Of a stretch of DNA of 64,000 nt, positions 1 through 13,600 are shown one piece after another. The position numbers and the translations under genes were made by a program. Where the stretch lies: contig NC_091999.1 of NCBI RefSeq assembly GCF_044704955.1, positions 10,416,001 through 10,480,000 of the forward strand. The letters are read 5' to 3'. This DNA comes from Pristiophorus japonicus (Eukaryota). Position 1 is the first letter of the stretch; each line of letters starts with the position of its first letter. The notes beneath the pieces are model-generated. The model ran no database searches, was not told where the DNA came from, and saw only the letters and a program-made list of their open reading frames with translations.

Positions 1-479
1 CGGGTCTACATCCTCTGTATGTGGCGTGATTCATCAGATGTGGAATCTGTGTGTTTTCATGTTGTTTGGTCCGAGCATCATTCATCAGTTGTGTCTTGGA
101 TCTTAAAATAAATAAAGGGAACACAGACAGACACGATTTAAGCTGAAGTTCCATTAACACTGGGTAAATGTATTTCTGCATTAAAGTGTATAATAATAAT
201 GGCAATAAGAATAGCAAGACAAATGAGACATAATCTTCCAACAACATCCATCGGTAATTCGAGAATTCCTTGTTTTCCCTGGTTGCTTACTGTTTAGCTC
301 ACATCGCCACCAGAGGGAGCTCCGGCATCTGCCTGCGGCTTCACTGCAGCAAATCAATTGCAAGGTCACAAGCTCGTTTCGGATGAGGAATGCCATTTGT
401 CCGATCATATTCTTCCAGTAATTCGACACCCTAAAATATGCTTTTGTTGTTAAGTGAGAGGCTTACGAATCTTGATATG

Positions 480-3400
480 AAATGGGATTCGAACATAAAT
501 CACAGAAAGTTAACATGCAGTTCCAGCAAGCCCTTTTGAAGACAAATGATATATTAAAGTTTATTGCACGGCATTAGAGGATACGGGTTAGGAAGCCTTG
601 CTGCAATTAAATAGATTTTTGATGAGATCACACCACGAGTACTGTGTTCAGTTTTGTTCTTATCACAGGAAGGATGTGCTTGCCATACAATCAACGAAGG
701 TTCCCTTGATATATTCCTGAAAAGAAAAGATGTCTCTTTGAGCAGAGATTTCGTGGAATCGGTCTACATTCTCTGCTATTTAGAAGAATGAAAAGTGATC
801 TCATTGAAATGTATGAAACTTTTAGAGGGCTTGGCAGGACAGCTGCTGAGATGTTGTTTCCCTGCCTGGAGAATTTGGAACTAGGTTCGTAAGAACATAA
901 GAACATAATAAATATGAGCAGGATTAGGCCATTTGACACCTCGAGCCTGCTCCGCCATACAAAAGCTAAGGCTGATTAAATCAGGGGCTCAGCTCCACTT
1001 TCCTGCCCTGTCCCCATAACGCTTTACTCCCTTATCACCCAAAAATCTGACTATCCCCGCCTTAAATATATTCTATGACCCAGCTTCCACGGCTTTCTGG
1101 GGCAGAGAATTCCACAGCTTTACAACCCTCTGAGAGGATAAATTCCTCCTCATCTCAGTTTTAAATGGGCCACACCTTATTCTGAATCTATGTCCCCTAG
1201 TTCTAGTTTCGCGCATGAATGGAAATATCCTCTCTGCATCTACCTTGTTATCTTCTATGTTTCAAGAAGCTCACCTCTCATTAATTTGAACTCCAATGAG
1301 TATAAGCCTAACCTACTCAACCTTTCTTCATAAGTCAACTCCTTCATCTCAGGAATCTCGTGAACCTTGTGTAAACTCCCTCCAATGCAAGTATATCCCT
1401 CATGAAATAAGGAAACCAACACTGTACGTAGTGCTCTCGGTGTGGCCTCACCAATAACCTATACAGTTGTAGCTGGACTTCTCCGCATTTGTACTCCAAC
1501 CCCTTGCAATAAATGTCAGCGTTCCATTTGCCTTCCAGATTATTTGCGGTACCTGCATACTAACTGTTTATGTTTCATGCACAAGGACCACCATGTCCTC
1601 TGTAATGCTAGATTTTGTAATTTTCTCCATTTAAATAATAATTTGCTTGTTTATAATTTCTGCCAAAGTGGATATACTTACATTTTCCCACATATACCCC
1701 ATAATCTCAGGCTATTCATGGATCCAGGAACAGTATCCTCACAAGGGTGAGGGGGGTTGCTAGTGCTGATGGAGAGGGGTTAAACAAGCTTGGCAGAGGG
1801 ATGGGAATCTGAGTGTAGATTCAGAATGGAGCTGAGCACCGCTGGAAATGGATAGCAGCAAATTTGAAAGTGAATTTAAAGGCAGAGGAAACAAAGGCTG
1901 GAAAATAAATGGAGATTGCCAATGCTCAAGGATGTATAGTCAAAGCAACGAGTGCAAGAAATAATGCAGATGTGATGAAAGCACAGAGAGACACTCTAGG
2001 ATTATGACATTATAGCTATTACTGATACATGGCTGAACGAAGGGCAGGTATGTCAGCTCAACATTCCTGCTTCTGGATTTTCAGACGGGAAAGAAAGGAC
2101 GATAAATAGGAGGAGGGGTTGCAGCATAGTTTGAACAAACAATTACAGCTGTGAGGAGGGTTGATATGCGAGAAGGATCACCAAATAAGTCCATATGGGC
2201 TGAATGTAACAGCGAAAATAGGCGATCGCACAGCTGTGAGTGCACCATAAATCTGCAAACAGTCACAGAGAGATAGAAGAGCAAATGAGAAGTCACATTT
2301 CGGAGAACTGTAAAAACTATCGGACAGTAATAGTAGGGACTTCAACTACACTAATATTAACTGGGATAGAATAAGTGTGAAAATTACAGAGGGTGCAGAT
2401 TTGCTAAAATGCATTGAGGACAGTTTTTTTGAGCCGAGGAAGGGAGGGTTCTGCACTTTATTTTAACGAACGATGTGGGCAGGTGGAAGGGATATCAGAG
2501 GGAGAGTATTTGGTGCATTGATCATAATTCAGTTCTATTTATGGTCGTTATTCAATCGGACAAAGGTCGAGCAGGAATTACAGTTCTCAACTGGGGGAAA
2601 GCCAAAGTGGATTGGAAACAGCAACTTGAATGTAAATCTTTCAAAGAGCAGTGAGCGGCATTCAAGGTGGAGATCCTGAGAGTTCAGAGTAAGTTTGTTC
2701 CCTTAAAGAAAAAAGGTGGGACTAACAAATCTAGAGCACCCAAGATGTCAAGCGGCATATAGAGTAGAATAAAAAAGGGACATTTATGACAGATACGGAA
2801 GGCTCAGTAATGCAGAAACACTGGAGGAGTATAGAAAGTTCAGCGGTGAAATTAAAAAGGAAATTAGGAAAGCAAAGAGAGACCATGAGAAGAAGATTGG
2901 CAGATAAAATCAAGGAAGCGCTAAAGATGTTTTATAAATACATGAAGAGCAAGAGCATAACTAAAGTGTAGGACCTATTAGAGACCGTAAAGGCAATCTG
3001 TGCATGGAGGCAGAAGACGTGGTATTGTTCTTAATAAATACTTTGCTTCTATTTTCACAACAAAGAGCGGCGAAACAGACATTACAATCAGGAGGGACGA
3101 GTGTGAAATATTAGCTTACATAAACACAGCAAGAGCGGAATTGTGAAAAGATTTAGCAGCTTTGTGAGTGGATGCATGCCCACGCCCTGATGAAATGTAT
3201 CTCAGGCTGTTAGGAGCAGCAGATGAAGAAATAACAGAGGCTCTGACCATCATTTGCCTAACCTCTCTGCCTGCAGATGTGGTTCCGGAGGACTGCAGGA
3301 CTGCTAATCGTGTACCTTTCTTTAAAAAGGGAGAAAGGGACAGACAGAATAATTACAGGACAATAAGCCGGTCCACGGTGGTGGGAAAATTATTGGAACA

Positions 3401-4980
3401 AACTTTGAGGGACAGGATAATTCTTTATTCAGAAAAACACGCATTAATCAAGGACAGTCAGCATGGGTTTGCTAAGGGAAGATCGTGTCTGACTGAACTG
3501 ACTTAATGTTTTGAGCAGGTAACAAGGAGGTAAGGATAGTACTTTTAATGTAGTATATAGGATTGTAGCAAGGCTTTTGATAATGACCCACATGGAAGAC
3601 TTGTCACGAAAGTAAACGATCATGTTATCCAAGCCAAAGTGGGAAGTTGGATCCAAGTTTGGCTCAGAGGCAGGAAGCAAACGGTAACGCTCGTTGGTTA
3701 TTTTTTGTGACTGAAAGGCTGTTTCCAGTAGGGTTCCGCAGGGGTCAGTAGTAGGTAGCTTGCCTTTTGTGGTATATATCAATGATTACGATTTGAATGT
3801 AGGGGGTATGATTAAGAAGTTTGCAGATGATACAAAAAATTGTTCGTGTGGTTGATAATGAAGAAGAAACATGTAAACTACAGGAATACATCAATGAACT
3901 GGTCAGGTGAACAAGACAGTGGAAAATGGAATTCAAACCTGAGAAGCGTGAGCTAATGTATTTGGGAAGGGCTAACAAGGCAAGGGAATACACATTAAAT
4001 TGTAGGAGTTTGAGAAGTTTAGAGGACCATAGGGACCTTGGAGTGCATGTCCACAGGAACCTGAAAGTAGGAGCTCAAAATTAAAAGGAGTTTAAGAGGC
4101 ATACAGAATAGTGCAGGGAGGTTATGCTGAATTGTATAAAATACTAGATAGGCCACAGTTAGAGTACTGCATACATTTCTAGTTTGGCCACCACGTTACA
4201 GGAACGTGATTGCACTGGGGAAGGTACAGAGGAGATGTGCGAGGATGCTGCCTGGACTGGAAAATTTTAGCTATGAGGAAAGTTTCGATCGGCTGCATTT
4301 GATTTCTTTGAAAAAAGGAGATGCAGGGGAGACCTTTTTGATGTGAATAAAGTTATGTGGTTTAGATAGTGTGAATAGGCAACCTATTTAGCTTATAGAC
4401 GGTTCAACAACCAGGAGGCATAGATTTAAAGTAATTGGCAGAAGGTTTAGAGGGGGTTAGAGGGGAAATCTTTTCACCCATTTGTGATGATGGTTTGGAA
4501 CTCACTGCCTGAAAGCGGGTATAGACAGGAACTCTGATTGCACTTCAAAAGTAATTGGATGTGCATTTGAATTTCCACAACCTCAAGGCTATGGACCAAG
4601 AGCTGGAAAGTGGATTAAGTCCGGATAGCTATTTTTCGGCCGGTGTAATGGGGCGAAATGGCCTCCTTCCGTGCTGTAAATTTCTATGATTCTATGATAA
4701 GCGCTCGGCCATTTAGGTCTGCGATGAGGAGTAATTTCTTCACTCAGTAGTTTGTGAAACTTTGGAGTTCTCTCCCCCAGAGGTCTGTGACTGCTGAATG
4801 GTGGAGTAAGTTCAAAATTGAGATCTATATATTATTGGGTACTAATGGAATTAAGAGATATGGGATTTAGGTGGGAAAGTGGATTTGGTGTGCAAGTTCT
4901 ACCATGATCTTCTTGAATGGAGGAACTGGCTCGATAGGAGGTGTGGTCTACCAGTGCTCCTATTTCTTATGTTCTCACTA
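480..4980. mobile_element. Cluster of old, degenerate CR1 LINE fragments (+ 480-885; - 890-1700; + ~1700-4697 endonuclease/RT; + 4710-4980 3' end)
   Basis: Broken RT motifs (PEDCRTANRVPFFKKGERD, SQHGFAKGRSCLT, FADD-like aagtttgcagatgat); octamer-type tails aagaacataagaacataa (~890) and ttctatgattctatga (~4690). Confidence 0.85.
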
Positions 4981-5149
4981 AAGTAATTCCATGCTTATGG
5001 ATTCTTCTAACTTTTACCAGAGCCCTTTCCAACTGTTTATCTCGTGGTCTATCCGTGTTTCTCGCCCGATCTCTCCCTCAATCTTTTTCATTGTATCTAT
5101 ATCTATGTCACTCAGTTAATCACAGATTTGAAAAGCAAGTGGGAAGACC

Positions 5150-5272
5150 CCACCTCACGTACTGCAGACTTTCAAGAAGGCAACTCATCACCAAATTCTC
5201 AATGGCAATTAGGAGTGAGCAACAAATGCTGGCCTTGCCATCGACGCCCCTCTCCCGTGTGATAGTGATTTT
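5150..5272 (+). mobile_element. Probable 3' end of a LINE (paralog ~28125-28235)
   Basis: ttcaagaaggcaactcatcacc...aacaaatgctggccttgcc resembles, from memory, a LINE 3' end abundant in elasmobranchs; family not determined. Confidence 0.45.
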
Positions 5273-5956
5273 ATGAAGTGAAAATATCCAGTGTTTGTTT
5301 TGGATTCCATTCCCGGGAGATTACATTCGATTAGCTGACGGTTACTGTTGTAGAAGGCGAGAGTAATCAATGCTCTGTAGCCGTTGCAAATACCGCATGT
5401 CACCTGTATCCTGACCCTGCGGCAACAATATATCTGAAATCTTCCCCCACTCATTTCAAGCCCTTCCCATCCAAAACTCATTTTATGTGCTCTACTTGAA
5501 TGGTGGAGAAATACTAGTGTTAACCCAGCTGATTGTCTCGGTCACATCAGCTATAATACATCCCATCCGTTCTGCCCCCACTGTTTTCAAAACCCAGAGG
5601 GAGATAGGTCAGTACTTGACCCATTGCCCAATCAGACAGAGAAGACAACTGCTCTCTGTTTGGGTGGAGTTACTTTCGTTCCCCAACGGTACTACATGAA
5701 TTACCAGTAAACTTGGCAGCTTTTGTTCAAGACAATAAATGGTAATTTGAGGAACCAGAGGGCGTGTTAGTTCATATAAAGCGTCCGCACTTGCATTCTT
5801 CCCTGGTCATCAGTGACGATATAACATAGACTTACCATCATATCTGAAAATGATATCATCAATTGCACATCACAATATCCCCGAAGTAATTGAGTTTCCA
5901 ATAATATTCTCGATCGACTAGTATAAACTAGGAACGTGCATAAATTGGAAAACGCC

Positions 5957-6372
5957 AAGAATGGATTGTTAATTTCACTTTTTTGATTTTAGGTGAGTGT
6001 TTTGTGCATTCGCTGTTAAAATATATTTATTACAACTCATTTTCCACCTCCTTTGTATCGGCAGTTAACGGCGGCGAGACTGTGATCCATTAACCACAGC
6101 GGGTGTTTGCACAAGAGGGAGAGTCGATTGAAATCCAGTGCAATGCAAGCACCTGCGGCACTGAGTGTATCATCTGGTACAGACAACTGCAGAACCATGG
6201 CTTGAAATGTATCATATCTGCTATCCAGGGCAACACCACTGCCGGACGATTCAGACACTTCATTGCCCCAACAAGAAGTTAGAACATTGTCGGTATGCAT
6301 ACAACCGCGGTATCAGATGCTGGATCACTTAGGCACCGTGAAATAAAGACTGATCGCTCCAGTACAATACCT
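5957..6372 (+). pseudogene. TCR alpha/delta V pseudogene, family X, copy A, with 23-RSS
   Basis: ATG mutated; in-frame TAA; IQCN..IIWYRQ present; YYC codons deleted. RSS CACCGTG (6334-6340) - 23 nt - ACAATACCT (6364-6372). Confidence 0.85.
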
Positions 6373-6584
6373 CCTGCGGTTTCTATTAGATAGTCGCTGC
6401 AGCGCTGATCTGCTCTGCAGCCATGCTGCTGGTTTTGACTGCTCTGTGAGGTAAATTTCCACTGTCTCACATCCTCCTGTAAGGAAATGGTTAATCATAC
6501 TATACTGAATGTGTTGACTACTCTGTGTGGCACAGTAACACAGGCTACAATCTGTACGGGTGATATGGAGATGTACTCGCTTAC

Positions 6585-6795
6585 TGTTGTGTATCTGCAA
6601 AGCATGCACTCCCATGCTCCGCCACCAGGGAGCGCATTCCATGAAGTCCCAAGGTTTCCCCGCATCCAGTTGGAGCACTGTATATAATCCGGCCCGGAAG
6701 GCCTGTTCCTCACTCTGGAGTGTCTAAATAAAGACTGAGGTCAATGTTACTTTAACCTCCCTCTGTGCAGCCTCATCCGTGTTAGGAACACTATA
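6585..6795 (+). mobile_element. Solo LTR (211 bp), related to the Gypsy LTR at 56083-56294
   Basis: Starts TGTTGTG; has TATATAA and AATAAA; flanked by cttac/gttac. The paralogous site in cassette B (29601-29605) has a single gttac and no insert. Confidence 0.85.
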
Positions 6796-7056
6796 GTTAC
6801 AAACACCAAGCGCCAGGAATGTCCCGTTAGCGAGTCACTATCACAAAGTGATGATGTTCGTCTCACTGCCTTCCATAAGGAAGAGAGGAGCTTGTTGGTC
6901 CTGACCACTGATGTGTCCAGATATGAACCGCGGATGAAAAATATACATTTCCAGCCTATCCAAGAACAGCAATTACACGTGACTGAGACTTTAACAGGGA
7001 GGCGCTGACTTTACTCAGCCGCCAGTTCAATGTCTTCACTCGGTTTGGGATCTTAA

Positions 7057-7513
7057 ATGCGAGCTGTGTGCTGGTTTCTTCTTGACATTTTAATTGCCAG
7101 GATGTATTATTCTGTGCAAATTAAGCTATTCACCGTTATTCTGCTGCTGCTAACATGTCGGTACAGGAGAACCCGCAGTGTTTTTTCAGTCAAGTTGCTC
7201 CAGTGTTTTATTATCTCAATGTTTTTACAGGTCAGTGTCTCTCGGACCAAGTGCTGCAGTCTCCCGCTGTGGTAAGAGTCCGGATCGGTGATTCACTGCA
7301 GATTAACTGCAGCAATGACACTCCCAGCTTTTACGCCATGCACTGGTCCAAACAGAAATCCAGTCAGGGCATGGAGTGGATAATAAGGCGGGCATCGGCT
7401 GGCAGGGACAGCAGTAATCGATTTTAATTAGCTCTTTCCACTTCAGACAAATGACCAATTGGTTATTGCAAACACGGAAAGCTCGTGTCAGTCTGTGCGA
7501 TAGACTCACACTA
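7057..7513 (+). pseudogene. TCR V pseudogene, family Y, copy A
   Basis: Leader MRAVCWFLLDILIA with damaged donor; V exon DQVLQSPAVVRVRIGDSLQINCSNDTPSFYAMHWSKQK...NRF*; degenerate heptamer CACACTA 7507-7513. Confidence 0.85.
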
Positions 7514-9709
7514 ATAGGAAATGCTGCAGTCTCTGAAAAATACGTTCCTCTTGTTTACAGTCCCATAACAGCTGCAACAATCTCTCCAGTGATGCATGGC
7601 AGGCAAAGTGGGTCAGAGGGAGACAGCAGACGGAAGCTGTGGGCGGGTCTGCCGCAGGCAGTGTCTCTGCAAGGGTTGTCTCTACAATTTCCATTTAACA
7701 GCGGGTTTCATCAGAGATATTGACAGTCACAACATAAAGTATCTATATATGGAGCCAGTCACACAATGGTTGCACTCTTTGGTATGAGAAAAGCTTCAGC
7801 ATGGTCTAATAGTTGGATTATATTCACCGGGCTGGAAACCCTCACAATGCTTGTGTTTCATTTTATGCCCGTTTGTGACGATACATCGAGAGCATTAGGT
7901 TCATTCTCCTGTAACATCATATTTACACTGACCTATCCGCTCTGTGGGGTAGATTTGCTCTTGTCGATATTTCTGATGAAAGAGTCAACGCATTCTAAAC
8001 GATTGTGAGTGTGATTAGAAAAAAAGCAAATTTCAGCCAATATTTACACAGAGAGACCAAGGGAAACCTTCCCCTTGTGTCCCCCCAGCAAAAGGTTAAT
8101 GGAACCTGAACACGTGTCAACCAGCCCAGCCTGATTGGTGACTGTGAGTGAAATAAACTGAACATCTACCTTTACATTCAAGCCGATATATTGCCAGATC
8201 GAGATAATATCATGCCGCCTTCATCACATTGTGTTGGTAAATGTTCGGAGGGGAACATGACCACTCCCACAAATGCCTGCTAAAACGGTTCTACCTCTGC
8301 CTGAGCTTAACATGAGGCGCCATTCCGCTGTGCTGATGTCAATGACATGGGATGAAATATAGTGGTTATTGACAGTGGACAATCTCCTTATCCGGGATTC
8401 ACTCCTGTCTCTATGCGTGTGTCCTTCATTTCAGCTTTCAATATTAAACGTATTTTTCAAATGGTAGCTTTACAAAACGACCAATTCCTTCCGTCTTATT
8501 TGCTTTAATATTTTCATATCCGCAAATAATTCTAAAGTGTGGTATGAAGAGATTATGACGATGAGTTGCAGACATTACAAGGCGCGGGGGGGGGGGGGCG
8601 GGGCACGTCTTTGCTGAACTCCACGAACTTAAACACAGATTTAAACAAATTCCAAATGTTGATGGATTTAAAGGAATTAAAAGAAAAACATTGGACCACG
8701 CCACGAGGGCGCAGCGAGATATATATGAGCACAGCGCCCTCTATTTGATATGATGAGAGCTGTCACACTGGGTGAAAGCAGTGAGGGTATCAATTGAGCA
8801 GTTTGCAGCACCCATTTTTCGGGAGATGCATTACGCTGATGGTGATGGGTGAATGTCAAGCCTTGTACCTCAACAATTAAGTGGACAGAAATATTAATCA
8901 AATGAATTGGAGTGTGGAAATTCAGTTTCCCTGGAAAATTTGATCCATTCTGATCTGCACAATAGACAACAACCCCAAACCCGAAGTCACAACTGTTGAC
9001 ATCCATTTCCTTTCAGTTCAACTTTAGCGGAAGGCATGTGATCTTTGTGCACAGGCTCTAGAGAGTCAGTATGTTTTTCCTGTCACATTTCCCGATTCAA
9101 GCACAAATTAGGTACATCCCAGGCCTGCCGCAAAAAGCCTCAACCCTCACCCGTTATTTTCAAGTCCTTTCCATCCAAAACCAAAAGCTGCCTTTACTCG
9201 TTTTATGGTCTCTATTTGAACGGGGGAGAAATACCGGCGTTAAGCCGACTGAGCTTCACAGTTCACATCAGACACAGTCGAAATCCATCCTTTCTGTCCC
9301 CACTACATTGCAAAAGAACTCCCAGTTTGTGAATTGTCTGTGTCTGACACACTGAACCACCCAGTCCCCCATGAGAGGGAGTGGAGACCTTCATCCTCCT
9401 ATGCCTGGGGTGGATTAAACCTGATATCAGAGACTGCAAGGTCAATGTCCGACCCACCAGTACTGCACGAAGTTAACGGTAACCTTAACTGCTTTCACCC
9501 AGGAAGATACATTATGTAATCGGGAATGTCAGTACGAATAAAGCGTCAGCACTTGCATTGTTCCCTGACCTTCAGTGAATATGTAAGATATATGTCGTAT
9601 CATACCTCGTAGAAAAGTGCACAAACGATGGCACGTTGGAATAAAACGGAATAATTCGATTTCCCAGTAATATTCTTGATCCACCGTGCGCTGCAATCAG
9701 GAAAAAACA

Positions 9710-10081
9710 ATGAATGAAATTTAAACGTTCAGTTTTTTGGTTTTCGGTGAGTGTTTTGTGCAGAAAAGTGTTAATCCTAAAAACATATTTCTTCTCTCTA
9801 ATTTTCCTTCTCTTTTGAATTGGTAGTTATGGGCGGTGAGCCTGTGCTCCACCAAGCACAGCAGATATTTGCACGAGGGAGAATAGATTGAAATCCAGCG
9901 CAATGCCAGCACCAGTGGCTCTGATGACAACGCCAATGACGGATGATTCAAACACTTCATTGACCCAACAAGGAGTTACATAATGTTCCGTATGGACAAC
10001 ACCGTGGTCTCAGAAGCTGGAGTCTATTACTGTGCAGTGAGGCTCCGTGAGACAAAAGCTGGGCGCTGCAAAGCATTATCT
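9710..10081 (+). pseudogene. TCR V pseudogene, family X', copy A
   Basis: Leader with TAA at codon 5; FR2/CDR2 deleted; ends SEAGVYYCAVR; RSS remnant CTCCGTG (10043-10049) - 23 - GCATTATCT. Confidence 0.85.
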
Positions 10082-10637
10082 CCTGCAGGATCCTATCAGA
10101 CAATCTTAACACCCTTCCTTTGCTCCCCTGAATGTGTTAACTTCTTTGTGGTGTACAGTTCCATTCATCCGAGAAGGAAAGGTTTAATCAGATATTCCTT
10201 CAAGATGTTGACTCTTTTGTGCTGTACCTTTCCACAGGCTCTATTCAGCTTGCAACGGGTTGGTTACTCAGACTGATCTGAATATTATTAATTTTATCTT
10301 GCTACTGATTTCTGATCACGTTATAATTAATTTCATTCACATAATTGGTGTCTTTTATCGAATTTGCCACATCCTTGTGTTCACATCCTTCATGACCCGC
10401 TGACCTTCTATATCCCCTTATCTAATGGTTGTGGGTATTTCTAACAGTAAGTGAGCAGCTATTTTAATGGGAGACACCTGGAATGATAAAGTAAGTAAAT
10501 TATCTATTTCCCTACACTGCCCCTACCTCACCTGCTATAGAGCCAACATTGGGTTTAATTCCCATCCAGTTCCATGTTATGAAGAGAACAATTTCACTCC
10601 GTTCCACGCTGCTCGCTGTGATGTATTGAGTTGGAGA

Positions 10638-13600
10638 AACATAGAAACATAGAAACATAGAAAATAGGTGCAGGAGTAGGCCATTCGGCCCTTCTAGCCT
10701 GCACCGCCATTCAATGAGTTCATGGCTGAACATGCAACTTCAGTACCCCATTCCTGCTTTTTCGCCATACCCCTTGATCCCCCTAGTAGTTACGACTTCA
10801 TCTAACTCGTTTTTGAATGTATTTAGTGAATTGGCCTCAACAACCTTCTGTGGTAGAGAATTCCACAGGTTCACCACTATCTGGGTGAAGAGGTTTCTCC
10901 TCATCTCGGTCCTAAATGGCTTACCCCTTATCCTGAGACTGTGACCCCTGGTTCTGGACTTCCCCAACATTGGGAACATTCTTCCTGCATCTGATCTCTC
11001 TAAAGCCACCAGAATTTTAAACGTTTCTATGAGATCCCCTCTCATTCTTCTGAACTCCAGTGAATACAAGCCCAGTTGTTCCAGTCTTTCTTGATATGTC
11101 AGTCCTGCCATCCCTGGAATCAGTCTGGTGAACTTTTGCTGCACTCCCTCAATAGCAAGAATGTCCTTCCTCAAGACAAAAACTGGAAACAATACTCCAG
11201 GTGTGGCCTCACCAAGCCCTGTACAACTGTAGTAACATCTCCCTGCACTTGTACTCAAATCCCCTCGCATTGAAGGCAAACATGCCATTTGCTTTATTAA
11301 CTGCCTGCTGTAACTGCATGCCAACCTTCACTGACTGATGTACCATGCCACCCAGGTTTCGTTGCACCTCCCTTTTTCCTAATCTGTCACCATTCAGATA
11401 ATAGTCTGACTCTCTGTTTTTACCACGAAAGTGGATAACCTCACATTTATCCACATTATACTTCATCTGCCATGCATTTGCCCACTCACCTAACCTATCC
11501 AAGTCACTCTGCAGCCTCATAGCATCCTCCTCGCAGCTCACACTGCCACCCAACTTAGTGTCATCCGCAAATTTGGAGATACTACATTTAATCCCCTCGT
11601 CTAAATCATTAATGTACAGTGTAAACAGCTGGGGGACCAGCACAGAACCTTGCGGTACCCCACTAGTCACTGCCTGCCATTCTGTAAAGTATCCATTTAC
11701 TCCTACCCTTTGCTTCCTGTCTGACAACCAGTTCTCAATCAATGTCAGCACTCTACTGCTTGACAATCATGCTTGACCAATCTGGAAATCATGCTTGACA
11801 AATCTTCTGGAATTTTTTGAGGATGTTTCCAGTAAAGTGGACAAAGGAGAACCAGTTGATGTGGTATATTTGGACTTTCAGAAGGCTTTCGACAAGGTCC
11901 CACACAGGGGATTAATGCGCAAAGTTAAAGCACATGGGATTGGGGGTAGTGTGCTGACGTGGATTGAGAACTGGTTGTCACACAGGAAGCAAAGAGTAGC
12001 AAACGTTTAAAATTCTGACGGGTTTAGACAGGTTAGATGCAGGAAGAATGTTCCCAATGTTGGGGAAGTCCAGAACCAGGGGTCACAGTCTGAGGATAAG
12101 GGGTAAGCCATTTAGGACCGAGATGAGGAGAAACCTCTTCACCCAGAGAGTGGTGAACCTGTGGAATTCTCTACCACAGATAGTAGTTGAGGCCAATTCA
12201 CTAAATATATTCAAAAGGGAGTTAGATGAAGTCCTTACTACTCGGGGGATCAAGGGTTATGGCGAGAAAGCAGGAAGGGGGTACTGAAGTTTCATCTTCA
12301 GCCATGAACTCATTGAATGGCGCTGCAGGCTAGAAGGGCTGAATGGCCTGCTCCTGCACCTATTTTCTATGTTTCTATGTATCTACTATCCCCAATCCCA
12401 TATGCTTTAACTTTGAACATTAATCTCTTGTGTGGGACCATGATGAAAGCCTTCTGAAAGTCCAAATATACCACATCAACTGGTTCTCCCTTGTCCACTG
12501 TACTGGAAACATCCTCACAAAATTCCAGAAGATTTGTCAAGCTTGATTTCCCTTTCACAAATCCATGCTAACTTGGACCTATCATGTCACCTCTTTCCAA
12601 ATGCGCTGCTATGACATCCTTAATAATTGATTCCATCATTTTACCAACAACTGAGGTCAGGCTGACCGGTCGATAATTCCCTGTTTTCTCTCTCCCTCAT
12701 TTTTTAAAAAGTGAGTTTACATTGGCTACCCTCCACTCGAAGGAACTCATCCAGAGTCTATGGAATTTGGAAAATGATTGTCAATGCATCCGCTATTTCC
12801 AAGGCCACCTCCTTAAGTACTCTGGGATGCAGTCCATCAGGCCCTGGGGATTTAGCGGCCTTCAATCCCATCAATTTCCCCAACACAATTTCCCGACGAT
12901 TAAGAATTTCCCTCAGATCCTCCTTATTACTGGACCCTCTGACCCTTTTTATATCCGGAAGTTTGTTTGTGTCTTCCTTCGTGAATTCCGAACCAAAGTA
13001 CTTGTTCAATTGGTCTGCCATTTCTTTGTTCCCCGCTTTGACTTCCCCTGATTCTGACTGCAGGGGACCTACGTTTGTCTTTACTAACCTTTTTCTCTTT
13101 ACATATCTCTGGAAACTTTTGCAGACCGTCTTAATGTTCCCTGCAAGCTTCTTCTCGTACTCCATTTTCCCTGCCTTAATCAAACGCTTTGTCCTCCTCT
13201 GCTGAGTACTAAATTTCTCCCAGTACCCAGGTTCACTGCTATTTCTGGCCAATTTGTATGCCACTTCCTTGGCTTTAATACTATCCCTGAATTCCCTTGA
13301 TAGCCACGGTTGAGCCACCTCCCCTTTTTTATTTTTACGCCAGAAAGGAATGTACAATTGTTGTAGTTCATCCATGCTGTCTCTAAATGTCTGCCATTGC
13401 CCATCCACAGTCAACCCCTTAAGTATCATTCGCCAATCTATCCAAGCCAATTCACGCCTCATACCTTCAAAGTTACCCTTCTTTAACATCCGGACCATGG
13501 TCCCTGACTTAACTGTATCATTCTCCATCCTCATGCAGAATTCCACCATATTAGGTCACTCTTCCCCAAGGGGCCTCGCACAACGATATTGTAAATTAAT

